Part shown: positions 28,686-40,701 of the stretch, piece by piece
Layout of the letters: each line of letters begins with the position of its first letter
Position numbering within the stretch: position 1 is the stretch's first letter
Assembly: GCF_006345805.1 (NCBI RefSeq)
Contig: NC_043003.1
Span: 69,130,001 to 69,194,000 of the forward strand
From: Octopus sinensis
Taxonomy: Eukaryota
Length of the DNA stretch: 64,000 nt
Direction: 5' to 3'
Made by a program: the position numbers and the translations under genes
The notes under the pieces: generated by a model
Told to the model about the DNA's origin: nothing
The model's input: only the letters and a program-made list of their open reading frames with translations
Database searches by the model: none

Positions 28686-28980
28686 ATCTGTATTTTTGTT
28701 ATTTTTTATTTGCCCTGTCCGTGTGAGCTAACAATCGTACTGACTTTCATGGGAAGCATGTATTTTCGTGGTTGAAACCTTTTGGATTAACTGGTGCTAG
28801 AGTGAGCCATATAGTGACCACTCTTCTTATATTTATTTTGTAAAAATTATAAATGTTATAAAATATTATAATAATCCAGGTTTCTCGGAGCACTAGGCCA
28901 CTTGGTGTTGAATAGATATACTATTAAATTAGTATCTAATTCTCTCACCCTTATTAATTAATTATATATATATATATATA

Positions 28981-29357
28981 TGTGGCTGTGTGGTAAGTAG
29001 CTTGTTTACCAACCACATGGTTCTGGGTTCAGTCCCACTGCGTGGCACCTTGGGCAAGTGTCTTCTACTATAGCCTCGGGCCGACCAAAGCCATGTGAGT
29101 GGATTTGGTAGACGGAAATGATAGAAGCCCGTCGTATATATGTATATATAGTGTGTGTGTGTGTGTGTGTTTGTTCCCCCTAGCATTGCTTGACAACCGA
29201 TGCTTGATGTGTTTATGTCCCCGTTACTTAGCGGTTCGGCAAAAGAGACCGATAGAATAAGTACTGGGCTTACAAAAGAATAAGTCCCGGGGTCGAGTTT
29301 CTCGATTAAAGGCGGTGCTCCAGCATGGCCGCAGTCAAATGACTGAAACAAGTAAAA
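28981..29357 (+). mobile_element. tRNA-derived SINE family B (CORE-like caccttgggcaagtg segment, internal microsatellite)
   Basis: A-box-like tggctgtgtgg, B-box-like ggttcagtccc, tail ctccagcatggccgcagtcaaatgactgaaacaagtaaaag. Confidence 0.8.
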
Positions 29358-29656
29358 GGCTGAGGTTTAACGTGAGTGTCATGTGAGTAATACTGTAATA
29401 AACAAGATCTCAAGATGTATAAGTCTCCATTCTTTTTTATAATGTCTTGGATGTACACTTTGTTGTATTCTGTATAAAATCAAAGCAGCAAACTCAGGTT
29501 TTCCCTGACGAGTGAAGTACCGTGTAAGTATCTTAAATTAAGCAATTTTGTGTGTTCCCTAACATTCGATGTGGTTAACCAGAATCTTTAATATATCAGA
29601 GTACTAATAGAGTACGTACTCGGATTCCAACTCCTTATTCCTTCCCCGTATATAAG

Positions 29657-29718
<62 letters not shown>

Positions 29719-30644
29719 TATGTATATGTGTGGGTGTAAACTATATACATCTCTGTGTTTGTCCTGCACTGTTTCACAACCGCAGTTGGTTTCTTTACGT
29801 ATCCGTAACTTAGCGGCTCGGCAAGAGATCGACAGAATAAACACCAGACTTACAAATTAGAACAACCGTACCCTCCAAGCTTGTGCCCCAGCATAGCCGC
29901 TGTTGAATGACTGGAAGAAGTAAACGATAAAAGACAAATATATAGTTTTTTTTTTTTTCTTAATTTCCTGCGTTAGAAATGGTCTCTGTTAAATCATGGC
30001 CAGCGAAATTTCTCGTTTCCACTCTAAAGTTGTCAGGCTTCATTGCCGTTCAAATGTTTTAATACGAATCTCATAAAACTGAAGAATTTACTACAAAGAT
30101 CTGATCTTTTCAGCAATGAACACTTTTCAAATTATGTATTGATTTTTGTACTGATATCAGTCAATATATTCAATCTTTATAAAGAACAAATCTTTCGTTG
30201 ATAGCGTCGAAATTCTCTCAATAGCGTTAACACATCGTGAATCTTTGCATCTGTCGATGGCTGGAGAAAAGCTCAGACCGAAACAAAGTTTGGGGTGCAA
30301 ATCCGAATATAAATCAATGTTGATGCTAAACGTAATATATTTTTGATATCAAAAACACTAAGAGACAACATGATATATGTATTTATATATATACATATGT
30401 ATAAATATATGCATACATACATATGTGTATTATATATATATATATACACATACATATATATATATATAATTATATATACTTATATATATGTATATATATG
30501 AACATGTATATGTATGTATACATGTATATCTAATATATATATATATATATAATTATATATACTTATATATATGTATATATATGAACATGTATATGTATGT
30601 ATACATGTATATCTAATATATATATATATATATATAGATATGTG

Positions 30645-30684
<40 letters not shown>

Positions 30685-30728
30685 TGTGTGTCTGTGTATG
30701 TGTACGCGCACACACGCACGCACACACA

Positions 30729-30780
<52 letters not shown>

Positions 30781-31408
30781 GCGCGCACGTTAAGTTTTAA
30801 TCTCAAAAGACTTCAAGGAAGCTGGAGGTTAGATAGTTCGGCTGAAGAATGTGAAATTATTTCAACAATGTAGACATTGTTTTATTTTTAAGGTGAAATA
30901 CACAAACGAGATAATCGACTCATGCGCATAACAGATTAGACATTTTAGACTTAGCTTTTGCGATGCTTGATGTAACAAGATGAAATAACCGTAGTTCGAA
31001 TCAATCAGCAATGCGCCAGTATCATATAACTTGACTATCTTTTGTGTTTAACATCTTTCATTGAACTGTGGTCATGCTGGAGCACGAGCACGATTCTCAA
31101 GGGTTTATCAAAGTAAGACCAAACTTCAACAATAATCTACATAGGAAGTTTGAAAGAAGCTATTAATTTCTTAATTAGTCGTTGACTCTTAAATTTCTGA
31201 GAGTCTAGTGAGAAATTATACGATTCTAAAGTTTCATACGTAGGTTAGTTTTAATTAAACCGTGTGGAAGAGTTGAGTGACTCAGGTTCGAGACTTTGAA
31301 TATAAGTGTACAGCTCTACTCCAGAACTAAACAAACATAGAATTAATACTGATCGTCCGATCTGCTGAAGAGAGCAACCGAATCTCCTTCATATAGCACA
31401 TGATAATA

Positions 31409-31618
31409 CAGGGTGGCCCAAAAGTAGGTTTATAGTTATCATGTAGGCACTTTAAGTTTCTTTTAAAACATTTTATTACATTTAAATTTCTATCTTACAA
31501 TTAACTAAATTAGCATAGAATAATGGTTTCATATTTTTTATAATTAAGATCTAAACGTTAATATGTGAATGCGAAAGAGGTAATTAAATAACTGTAAACC
31601 TAGTTTTGAGCCATCCTG
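31409..31618. mobile_element. Mariner-type MITE (~210 bp), copy 1
   Basis: TA|CAGGGTGGCCCAAAAGTAGGTTTA ... TAAACCTAGTTTTGAGCCATCCTG|TA. Confidence 0.85.
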
Positions 31619-31640
31619 TACACACATACGTACATACATA

Positions 31641-31853
31641 CAGAGTGACCCAAAAGTAGGTTTACAGTTATCACGTAGGCACTTTAAATTTCTTTTAAAA
31701 CGTTTTATTACATTTAAATTTCTATCTGACAATTAACTAAATTAGCATAAACTAATGGTTTTATATTTTTTTTATAATTAATAAATAAACCGTTAATATA
31801 TGAATGCGAAAGAGATTGTTGAATAACTGTAAACCTACTTTCGGGCCATCCTG
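31641..31853. mobile_element. Mariner-type MITE (~213 bp), copy 2, same orientation, 22 bp downstream
   Basis: TA|CAGAGTGACCCAAAAGTAGGTTTA ... TAAACCTACTTTCGGGCCATCCTG|TA; the interior is homologous to copy 1. Confidence 0.85.
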
Positions 31854-32221
31854 TATAGTCCTGGAAAATATGCGGCGAACAACGCTGGAATGCCTTAGGA
31901 CTAAATTACGACCTATGTGCATATTTACTGCTTATTTTTTAGAAAGAGTAGCGAGAGCTAGAGATTTTAGCTAGAGAAAAGACGCATTACCGGTAACTTT
32001 TCAACTCTATGCACAAGGCCCGAAATTTGAGGGGACGGGGCCCGTCAGTTAGATTGACCCCAGGACTTATTCTTTGTAAGCTTAGTACTTATTCTATCGG
32101 TCTATTTTGCCAAACCGCTAAGTTACGGAGACGTAAACACACCAATATCGATTGTCAAGTGATGATAGGGGACAAACACAGACATATAAACATATGCATA
32201 TACACAAACACACATATGTAT

Positions 32222-32259
<38 letters not shown>

Positions 32260-34668
32260 CGAGCTTCTTTCAGTTTCCGTCTACCAAATCCACTGACAAG
32301 GCTTTGGTCGACCCGAGGCTATAGCAGAAGACACTTACTCAAGGTGCCACGCAGGAGAACTGAACCCGGAACCATGTGGTTGGGAAGCAAGCTTCTAACC
32401 ACACATCCACGCCTCTGCGCCTATGTGAAATAAAGTATCTTTCTCAAGGACACAACGCGCCACCAGGACTCGAACTCATAACCTTACGATCGAGGTAATA
32501 CGCTAACCACTAAGGCATGTGCCTTCACAAGGTATGAACCACTGATTTTCCATACAATATACTTATATCCTATAGGTTTTACAAACAACATCTGTTTCTG
32601 GGAGTCTTAATTCGTTGCGAAATTATATGTTGCTATGCAGCGCTCGGATTGGCATAAATATTTATGGATTCACTTCCTGTTGAATGCTCTCCTTCACTTT
32701 TGAGTTAATTCGAATGAGGAGTTATATCCCCTTGTCTTAATAAGTAATCTCAAAAATGGTTTTTAATCGCCTCGGGTGTAATTTTTATTAACTGGTATAC
32801 TTGCACCCACTTAATGATATGTTTTATACGAGTAGAGAAATAAAGAGCGTCGCATCCATCTTTTACCAATCGACAGAGTTTGAATTAACTGACTGCTTCT
32901 TTGTCTTCTTTGAAGTCACTTGCGCTACAGTAGTCTCAAGCCTTGCTTGAGACAAAATCGCATAAAATAATTCATGCCCTCTAAAAGGAATTGACAAAAA
33001 TTGTGCGAAATACCTCCAGCGGAAGACCAAAACTGCATCATAGTATATTTCCGGAAGATTGTTTTCCCCTACTCTCCTATGTTTCGCCATCTTTGTAGTA
33101 AAAACTGATTTCTTAAATTGAAACTGTTGCAAATGGATGTATCGAACTCCGTACTACTACTGGAGTTTATTTCATCGAACATGGAAACAAGAGATATAAA
33201 CCCGAAACCTTCGAGATTTGAAATTTGGACAAGCAGAAATGGAAACTAAACAGTAATCTCTGAGATAAATTCGTTCGTTCCCTACCGCCACCGCCTTGAT
33301 TTTAATTTTTTCCAATGTCATTTGTAGTAATATGAAAAACCCATAACACACTATTATTTTCATGGTAGTGTGTTATAAGTCTTGTTTTCTGTTGTTTTTT
33401 ACTTTTTATGACCCACATTTGAAATTTGAATTAATTTTACCTTTTTTTCAGACACATGATGATGGAATGCAGGGTAGAAAAGATACCGAACGAATTTATC
33501 TGACAACCCAGTACTAAAAGCATATATTCCGCCAATTTGGTGCCACTTTATTGATTTCTCCCATTGAAATAAAGAAATGTTCAAAATCAAAGAATATGTG
33601 TCTAGATTTTAATGGTAATACTGAATAATGAGTATTTTCAATGCTTAATTTTATTAGTGGTTCTTAGTTCTCAAATGACTCTCTTGTATTTTGGTTTAAC
33701 TTTTGTCGTTACTGATGTTGTTTTTCTTTTGTTCTTGTTGTTGTTTCTTCAATAAAACGTTGATTCTAGTGAAGAATATGCATTGGAAAGATAATATTTT
33801 ATAGCTTTCATATCTTCTAGTGAACAGAGAGACAGCTAAAAGTGTATTCTTTTGTGACACAATATAAAATTATATTCATGTATAATCAAATATATTTTAT
33901 GTTTAAATCATAAATGATTGATCTTCTATGATAACTTTCCTTGAAATTTTTTTTAATTTTTAAGTTGTGTAGAAAATGAATTATAAACGAAAAAAAAATT
34001 AAAAGCTCGAGTTTTTTCTTACCCGAGCTTTTTATAATTTTACACAGTAAGAAAACTTTTTGGTTTTTTTTTTTTTTCGTTTCATTCTACAAGATAAATT
34101 AAATTTAAAATGTGTTTTAACAACTATTCATTTGACCTGAATGGCACCTTGAGAACATTCTTATAAAATATCTATTTACCGCAAAATGTATTTATAACAA
34201 GTTTTATTTTTCAACGCGCTAAAATTGTTTCTTGTTTCGAGTTCACAAAATATAGAAGTATTTTACCGAGAACCACAATCATGTATAATATATTTACTCC
34301 ACCTCAGTAAGAATCTCTGATGATATTTTTTATTTTCTTCATGTCAATTTGCAATGCAAGAACTGCTATACATGGGCATTGCTATGCATATATATTCATA
34401 CATTTATATGTACGTACGCGTGTGCGTGTGTGATATATGAATGAAGAGTACATTTGGTTTCATGTTAAGAAAAGTAGTAAAATATGCTAGAAAGGCGAAC
34501 ACTTTTCTCCATGTAATCGGCTAGAAAAATTGTTAAGACACCGAAGATATTTTCCCACTTTTCTTGACATGAAACCAATGGTAGCCTTAATTTATAAATA
34601 AAGAAATTATATCCACCTATGCGGTGTTCAGCACTCATTTCCATCGTTCAACATTTACGTGTATATGT

Positions 34669-34722
<54 letters not shown>

Positions 34723-34849
34723 ATATATATATACACATTCAAACATATAAGGGATGGCCATAATAGGACATCCGACTCACTAGAAAGAGCAGCCAAACTC
34801 CAAACCACTAATATATATATATACTTAAATATATACATATATATATATA

Positions 34850-35195
34850 TGGTGACCCCCTTCGGTCAGACACTGACCATGGGTTTGCACCTAGAGAGTT
34901 ACCCTCTGAGGCACAAGTCTGGGCAAGGTTGTTGTTTTTTTTTATGGAAGACCAGCAGTCGCCCATGCATACCGGCCTCCCCTCTCCACGCCACCGATGT
35001 TGTCCAAGGGAAAGGCAAGGGCCGATACAGCTTGGCACCAGTGACGTCGCAACTCATTTCTACAGCTGAGTGAACTGGAGCAACATGAAATAAAGTGTCT
35101 TGCTCAAGAACACAACACGCAGCCCGGTCCGGGATTCGAGCTCACAACCTCACGATCGTAAGCTCGACGCCATAACCACTGAGCCACGCGCCTTC
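34850..35195 (-). mobile_element. tRNA-derived SINE family E
   Basis: Head ggcgcgTGGCTCAGTGGttatggcgtcgagcttacgatcgtgaggttgtgaGCTCGAATCCc, then gtgttcttgagcaagacact. A partial copy lies at ~32430-32525. Confidence 0.75.
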
Positions 35196-35206
35196 ATATA
35201 TATATA

Positions 35207-35246
<40 letters not shown>

Positions 35247-35261
35247 ATATATATATATATC

Positions 35262-35880
35262 ATTATTCAAGATTTATTTCAAGATTTCTTGCCAATAGAG
35301 AAGGAACCGGTTTCTAACCTAGATCCAAAGCTCCTTCATTAGAATTTCAACATCAACTACAGGGTATTTTTGTTTGTATGTATGTACGTGCAGAGTTGCA
35401 TGTTTTATGTATGTATTCTCATGCATATACCTGCATATCTAGACATGCTCATTTATATTTAAATGATAAACTCTTGGAAAGTTTTACAGATTTTTACAGT
35501 ACCAGTGATGGATTGGATCTGTAACCTTCGAATTAGCTTTCTCCTTTCTGGTTTTGATTAGCCTAATTTTTCAAGATTGGTATTTAGGCAGTGTGTTACA
35601 TATCTCAGGTTTCCAGTAATTACAGGTATAAACCTGAACTTGTAATCTGGATAGAGTAACTGCAGATTTCTCAACAGTTCACCATAGGTGCTCTCTTTTT
35701 CACTGATCTTCAGCATTACGTTAACATCTGCTAGGCAGCTAATTTCCATAACTGTGCACAGTTTCTCTTCTCTATCCCAACTCATTATATCAGGTCTGTT
35801 GTGCTTACATTTTATTGAGGTCTTCAGTGGGACATTCTACTAGTACTCCTTTTTATTATGAGTGGCTACGGTTTCTACCA
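35262..35880 (-). mobile_element. 3' fragment of another RLE-type (R4-like) LINE
   Basis: KHNRPDIMSWDREEKLCTVMEISC...FIPVITG, i.e. the PD...E-I-S-C endonuclease motif, followed by a UTR. Confidence 0.7.
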
Positions 35881-36240
35881 TATTGTGTATTCTTATTTCT
35901 TTACCCTCGGGATTATCCTTCCGACGGATTTCATGAGGGAGGGAGGGAGGGAGGGCGAGGGAGGGGTAGATAGATGGATGAATAGATGGCTAATAACTTT
36001 GCTTTTCGTGTCATCGGTGCATGAATTTTAAACTAGGAAGTAATTATCAGAACAAAGGATCTTCAGGATTTGGCATTTGGATTTGGGAAGGATACGTAAG
36101 AAGAGATGGACATTCATCAGAGATGAGGTAACGTACTTGTAAGCAATCGATAACAAAAATCATAGCTTCGTCCAAATACTCGACTTCGAGAATAAACGGA
36201 ATTAGTAACGAAGTTATGTATGGCCATATTCGCTAGGGTG

Positions 36241-36286
<46 letters not shown>

Positions 36287-37182
36287 GGTGGTGTGGTGGT
36301 GGTGGTTAAGCTGTTGCTGCTAGTATGAACAATACTGATACTGGTGATGGTGATGGTGAAGTTGGTTTAGCTACAAACCAGCCCTGACTGAACAAACCTC
36401 AGATCCAATTTTGCCAACTGCATCCATCTTTCTTTTTTTAAGAAGAATCGATTTGAAAGAAATTTAGCTGTTATTTCTAACAGGTCGTGCGACCACATTA
36501 AATTTCATCAAGGTGTCGTTCTTACATGATCAAACCACTTTAATTTCTGTCTTTTAACAACTGACGCAACCCAGCTAACCGATAGAGGTGCAGGTGTAGC
36601 TATATAGTAAGAAGTTTACTTCCCAACCCCATCGTTCCGGGTTCAGTCCCACTGCGTGGCACCCGAGTCTTCTCATAAAGGCTTGTGAATGGATTGGATA
36701 AACAGAAACTGAAAAGAATCCCGTCGTATACGTGTGTGAGTGAGTGTATATGTGTGTTTTGGTCTTTGTATTTGTCTCACACCACTACTTGACAAACAGT
36801 GTTGATGTGTTTATGTCCCCCCGTAACTTAGTGGTTCGGTAAAAGGGAGCGATAGGGTAGACGGCAGGCTTTAAAAATGTACTTAGATTCGTTCGACTAG
36901 AAATTCTTAAATGCAGTACCCCAACATGGCCGCAGTCTAATGACTGGAACTAGTAAAAGTTAAAAGATACAAGATAAAAGCTGGAATATCTTAAAACACC
37001 AAATTCCCGTCTACAGACCTGTTGTCATTTTTGGCTTTTTTTTTATCACCATTCCAGTGCCATCGCCTCTTTAAAACTGGTTGGTCTCGTACAACATTCA
37101 TGGAAGCACTTTCAACTTTTTCCTCTCTCAACCTCTCATCAACCTTATCGTCTATAGTCCCAAACACTGCACAAAACACACA

Positions 37183-37222
<40 letters not shown>

Positions 37223-38111
37223 GTTCTTCCTGGCTCTTTTCTCAGCAATTTCTTTATCGACACTCTGATGTTAAAATATGCAAATGACTGAGCATAGTTG
37301 CTATAACAACAACAACAACATAAATATACACATCGCATCCTTTTGATTGTTGATTAGACAAGATTAATGGCGCTTATCGGAACGCCTAAAATAACCCGAT
37401 GTGCGTTTCGTTGATGTTTTCTTTTTGACTTTCAAATCTTCAATAATGTTGTTAATGAAGAACATTATATCTTTGAAAACAGAAAAAAAAAAAAACAGAG
37501 AAAAATTTCTGGCGCGTTATTCTTTTTGTTATTTTTTATTGTCTTTATGTATATATATATATATCTTCTTTTTTTTTTTAACATTTTCTGTCACTTGTTT
37601 AGAACTTTTGTTGAGTTTGAAATTTCATGATTCTCTTAGTAACATTTCCAAAATTTATTTTGAAGAACTGCTTAACAAAATATAATAATAATTATTTTCA
37701 AGACTAACACAGAAATATAAAAATAAATATAAAATAAATATTTAAAATAAAAAAATACTGTTTTAAAAAGTCCATAGTTTGTGTGATTCCATTTGAATTG
37801 AGATTTTTCTGTTTCGTGTGAAGTACCAAAAATAAAATATCTTTTACTTTTTATTCGTTTCAATCATTGGACTGCGGCGAGGCTGGGGCACCAGCTTGAA
37901 TGACTTTTGATCGAACAAATCGAGACCAGTACTCATTTTCTCAGTTTGATATTTATTTTATCGGTTTCTTTTGTTCAACCACTATGTTACAGGGGTGTAG
38001 TCAAATTAACACCGGTTGTAAAGCGGTGCTGGGATCAAACACCGATGTAGACACAACATTATTTACATTATTTACATTTGACGGATATTTGTTCTCATCT
38101 TATTTGTTGTT

Positions 38112-38157
38112 AACACAACGTTTCGGCTGATATACCCTACGGCCTTCATCAGGTGTC
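38112..38157 (-). ncRNA. Minimal type I hammerhead ribozyme in a pLTR-like fragment (~38045-38192)
   Basis: Minus strand: GACAC CTGATGA A GGC...GCC GAAA CG TT GTGTT. Canonical core plus one extra A, palindromic AACGTT stem III, stem I GACAC/GTGTT. Confidence 0.7.
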
Positions 38158-38193
38158 TTGGGGAAATTTCGAACCTGGGTTCTCATTCATAAA

Positions 38194-38311
<118 letters not shown>

Positions 38312-38399
38312 ATGTATGTATGCATGCATGCATGTATGTATGTATGTATGTATGTATGTATGTATGTATATATGTATATGTATATATATATTATATATG

Positions 38400-38590
38400 T
38401 ATTTGCCATACTGGACCGCTGAACTCCACACGTCTTTTTTAAATCTTTCTCTGTTTATTTCTTCTTATTCCTTTCTGTTGAAGAGCGTAGGCTCGAAATG
38501 TAAAAGAGCTTTTCATTTTCCCGGAGCGTCAAACTAATACACTTTCTTGTTGTTCATACACCTGTCTTCATCTTTTGTTTTTCGATAAAT
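38400..38590 (+). mobile_element. Penelope-like pLTR fragment with a degenerate hammerhead at 38471-38506
   Basis: CTTT CTGTTGA A GAGC-gtag-GCTC GAAA TG TA AAAG. A6U core variant and a C>T change in stem III. Ends in a short TA run. Confidence 0.45.
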
Positions 38591-38820
38591 ATATATCCAC
38601 GGCAGGCTTCCACACAGATTCCGTCTATCATATCTATTCTCAAAGCATTGGTCAACCAGGGACTATAGTATAGTAAAAAAAACACTTGCCCAGAGTGTTG
38701 GGCGGTGGAACTGAACCCGAGACTACTTGGTTGCAAAGCGAGCTTCTTGTTCAAATATCCATGCCTACACCTACATTTTCCGGATTTATTTTGAGGAATT
38801 CCTTCGCAAAATATAAAAAT

Positions 38821-39214
38821 TATTCTTTTCTACTCTAGGCACAATGTCCAGAATTTTGTGGGAGGGAGCCAGTCGATTAGATCGACTCCAGTACATAACT
38901 GGTACTTAATTGATCGACCCCGAAAGGATGAAAGGCAAAGTCGACCTCGGCGGAATTCAGAACGTAATGGCAGACGAAATACCAGTTTCTTTACAAACCA
39001 CAAGTGGCTAAACACAGAGAGGACAAACAAGGACAGACAAACGGATTAAGTCGATTATATCGACCCTGGTGCGTAACTGGTACTTATTTAATCGACCCCG
39101 ATAGGATGAAAGGCAAAATCGACCTCGGTGGAATTTGAACTCAGAACGTAGCGGCAGACGAAATACTGCTAAGCATTTTGCCCGGCGTGCTGACGTTTCT
39201 GCCAGCTCGCCGCC
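38821..39214 (-). mobile_element. SINE family A, two modules
   Basis: Same core. Confidence 0.8.
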
Positions 39215-39810
39215 TTACAATGAAAATTAATATAACACTAACACGGAAATGAACATAAATATTTATGATAAAAACGCTCGTTTAAAAAAAATCTATAGCC
39301 TTTACGATTCCAATCAAATTATGTCTTTTTATTTCATGTGAAGTACCAAAAACAATATAAACAAAATATTTTTAGGTTTTTGTTTTCTGTGCGTTAAATG
39401 GCCACGTTTATCAATATGGAACGTTTGATACAAAATATATTTATAGGACTGTTTAACATTGGCTCGGTTAAATTACTAAATCTAAATATTAACCAGGCTA
39501 TATCTTCAATAAATGTTTTATTTCGGTGTCTGTTTTGGCTTCTTTGATTTCAGTTGCCGTCAGTAGTTAGCTGCACATGCTGCAGTTGTTATTGATAACA
39601 GTGTTTATAATGACATAGGCGACCTTGGGCCGCTTATTTCATTATAAATGTAACAACTTTATGGCCATGTTTATGGCCAGATCATGTGTGCTATGAAATA
39701 TGACGAATATTATTCTCATAATTTTCTTTGGCAACGCCACCGGACATGGGTAGCAGAAACGGCTGTTAGCAATGTAAAAGTTTTGTATTTAAAGAATAAT
39801 AACCGAAGGT

Positions 39811-40592
39811 AGTCTACAGACAAGAGATTACATAAATGATTCATTCGTTAATAGGCGAAACCGCTGGTCTGTGAGTAATTCTGGTTTTTTATATAATTTT
39901 CATCTGTCTTGCCCGCATATTGTTCTGGTGTCCGCTGAATTTTCCTCTGGAGAACATTCTTTTCTTTGTAGTTTGATCGTAGGTGATCTACTTCTCACAT
40001 ACGGCTGACCACCTAGTGGTTTTCTAGCCCTTTAAATATACACATGTATTAGAATTTTCTCTGATTTTTCAGATTTGTGTATGCTAGGCTACTGGTTTTA
40101 AATTGATATTAATTAAATTAATATTCAATTTATCTCCCTCATTATTTAAATGTTAAAATAAATATGTTCTCTAATAGGCAGCATTAACTGCAGTAAATTA
40201 TTTACTGCAGATTTTGTTTCCGGAATTTTAGCGCACCAGAACTAAGACATTTGAAATTAACCCCAATGTAATCGGTGAAACTGAGCACGTGTCTGTTTTT
40301 ATACGGAAAACTGGTGGTTAGTTTTACAAATTACATTACCTGTGGAACGATCACACTGACGAGCCTACGGACGAGAGATTACATGTGATTCATTCGTTAA
40401 TAGGTGAAACTGTCGGTCTACGAGTAATTCTTGTTTTTTATATAATTTTCATCAGTCTTGCCTGCATATTGTTCTGGTGTCCGCTGAATGTTTCTCTGGA
40501 GAACATTCTTTTCTTTGTAGTTTGATCGTAGGTGATCTACTTCTAGTATACGGCGGACTACCTAGTGGTTTTTTAGCCCTTTAAATACACAC
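39811..40592 (+). mobile_element. Two ~235-bp diverged direct repeats (39811-40042 and 40351-40592) flanking a ~310-bp unique core, with hammerhead motifs: an old retrozyme/PLE-like element
   Basis: The repeat offset is ~550 bp. Copy B reads TCACA CTGACGA GCCTA...TAGGT GAAA CT-gtc-GG TC TACGA (40351-40423). Copy A keeps TAGGC GAAA CC-gct-GG TC TGTGA (39852-39874). The consensus of the two is a perfect type I hammerhead. Confidence 0.7.
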
Positions 40593-40611
40593 ACACAACA
40601 CACACACACAC

Positions 40612-40701
<90 letters not shown>

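Larger units (their letters stand above)
24725..28965 (+). mobile_element. Retrozyme / Penelope-pLTR-like non-coding element: ~7.3 tandem ~533-bp units (25051-28965) plus a 5' inverted partial unit (24725-25050), each full unit with a hammerhead ribozyme, flanked by (TA)n
   Basis: The marker ctggtgctagag recurs at 25060, 25596, 26126, 26658, 27192, 27727, 28261 and 28791 (period 530-536). 24725-25050 is the reverse complement of part of the unit. The ORF track has no ORF >=60 aa inside the array. A hammerhead motif is present in every full unit. Confidence 0.88.

Noticed and set aside
35985-36130. Minus-strand CTGATGA ... gacacGAAA (and isolated CTGANGA at ~29498, ~31364, ~42700, ~56949)
   Set aside because: No complete set of stems I and III could be formed; core heptamers occur by chance.
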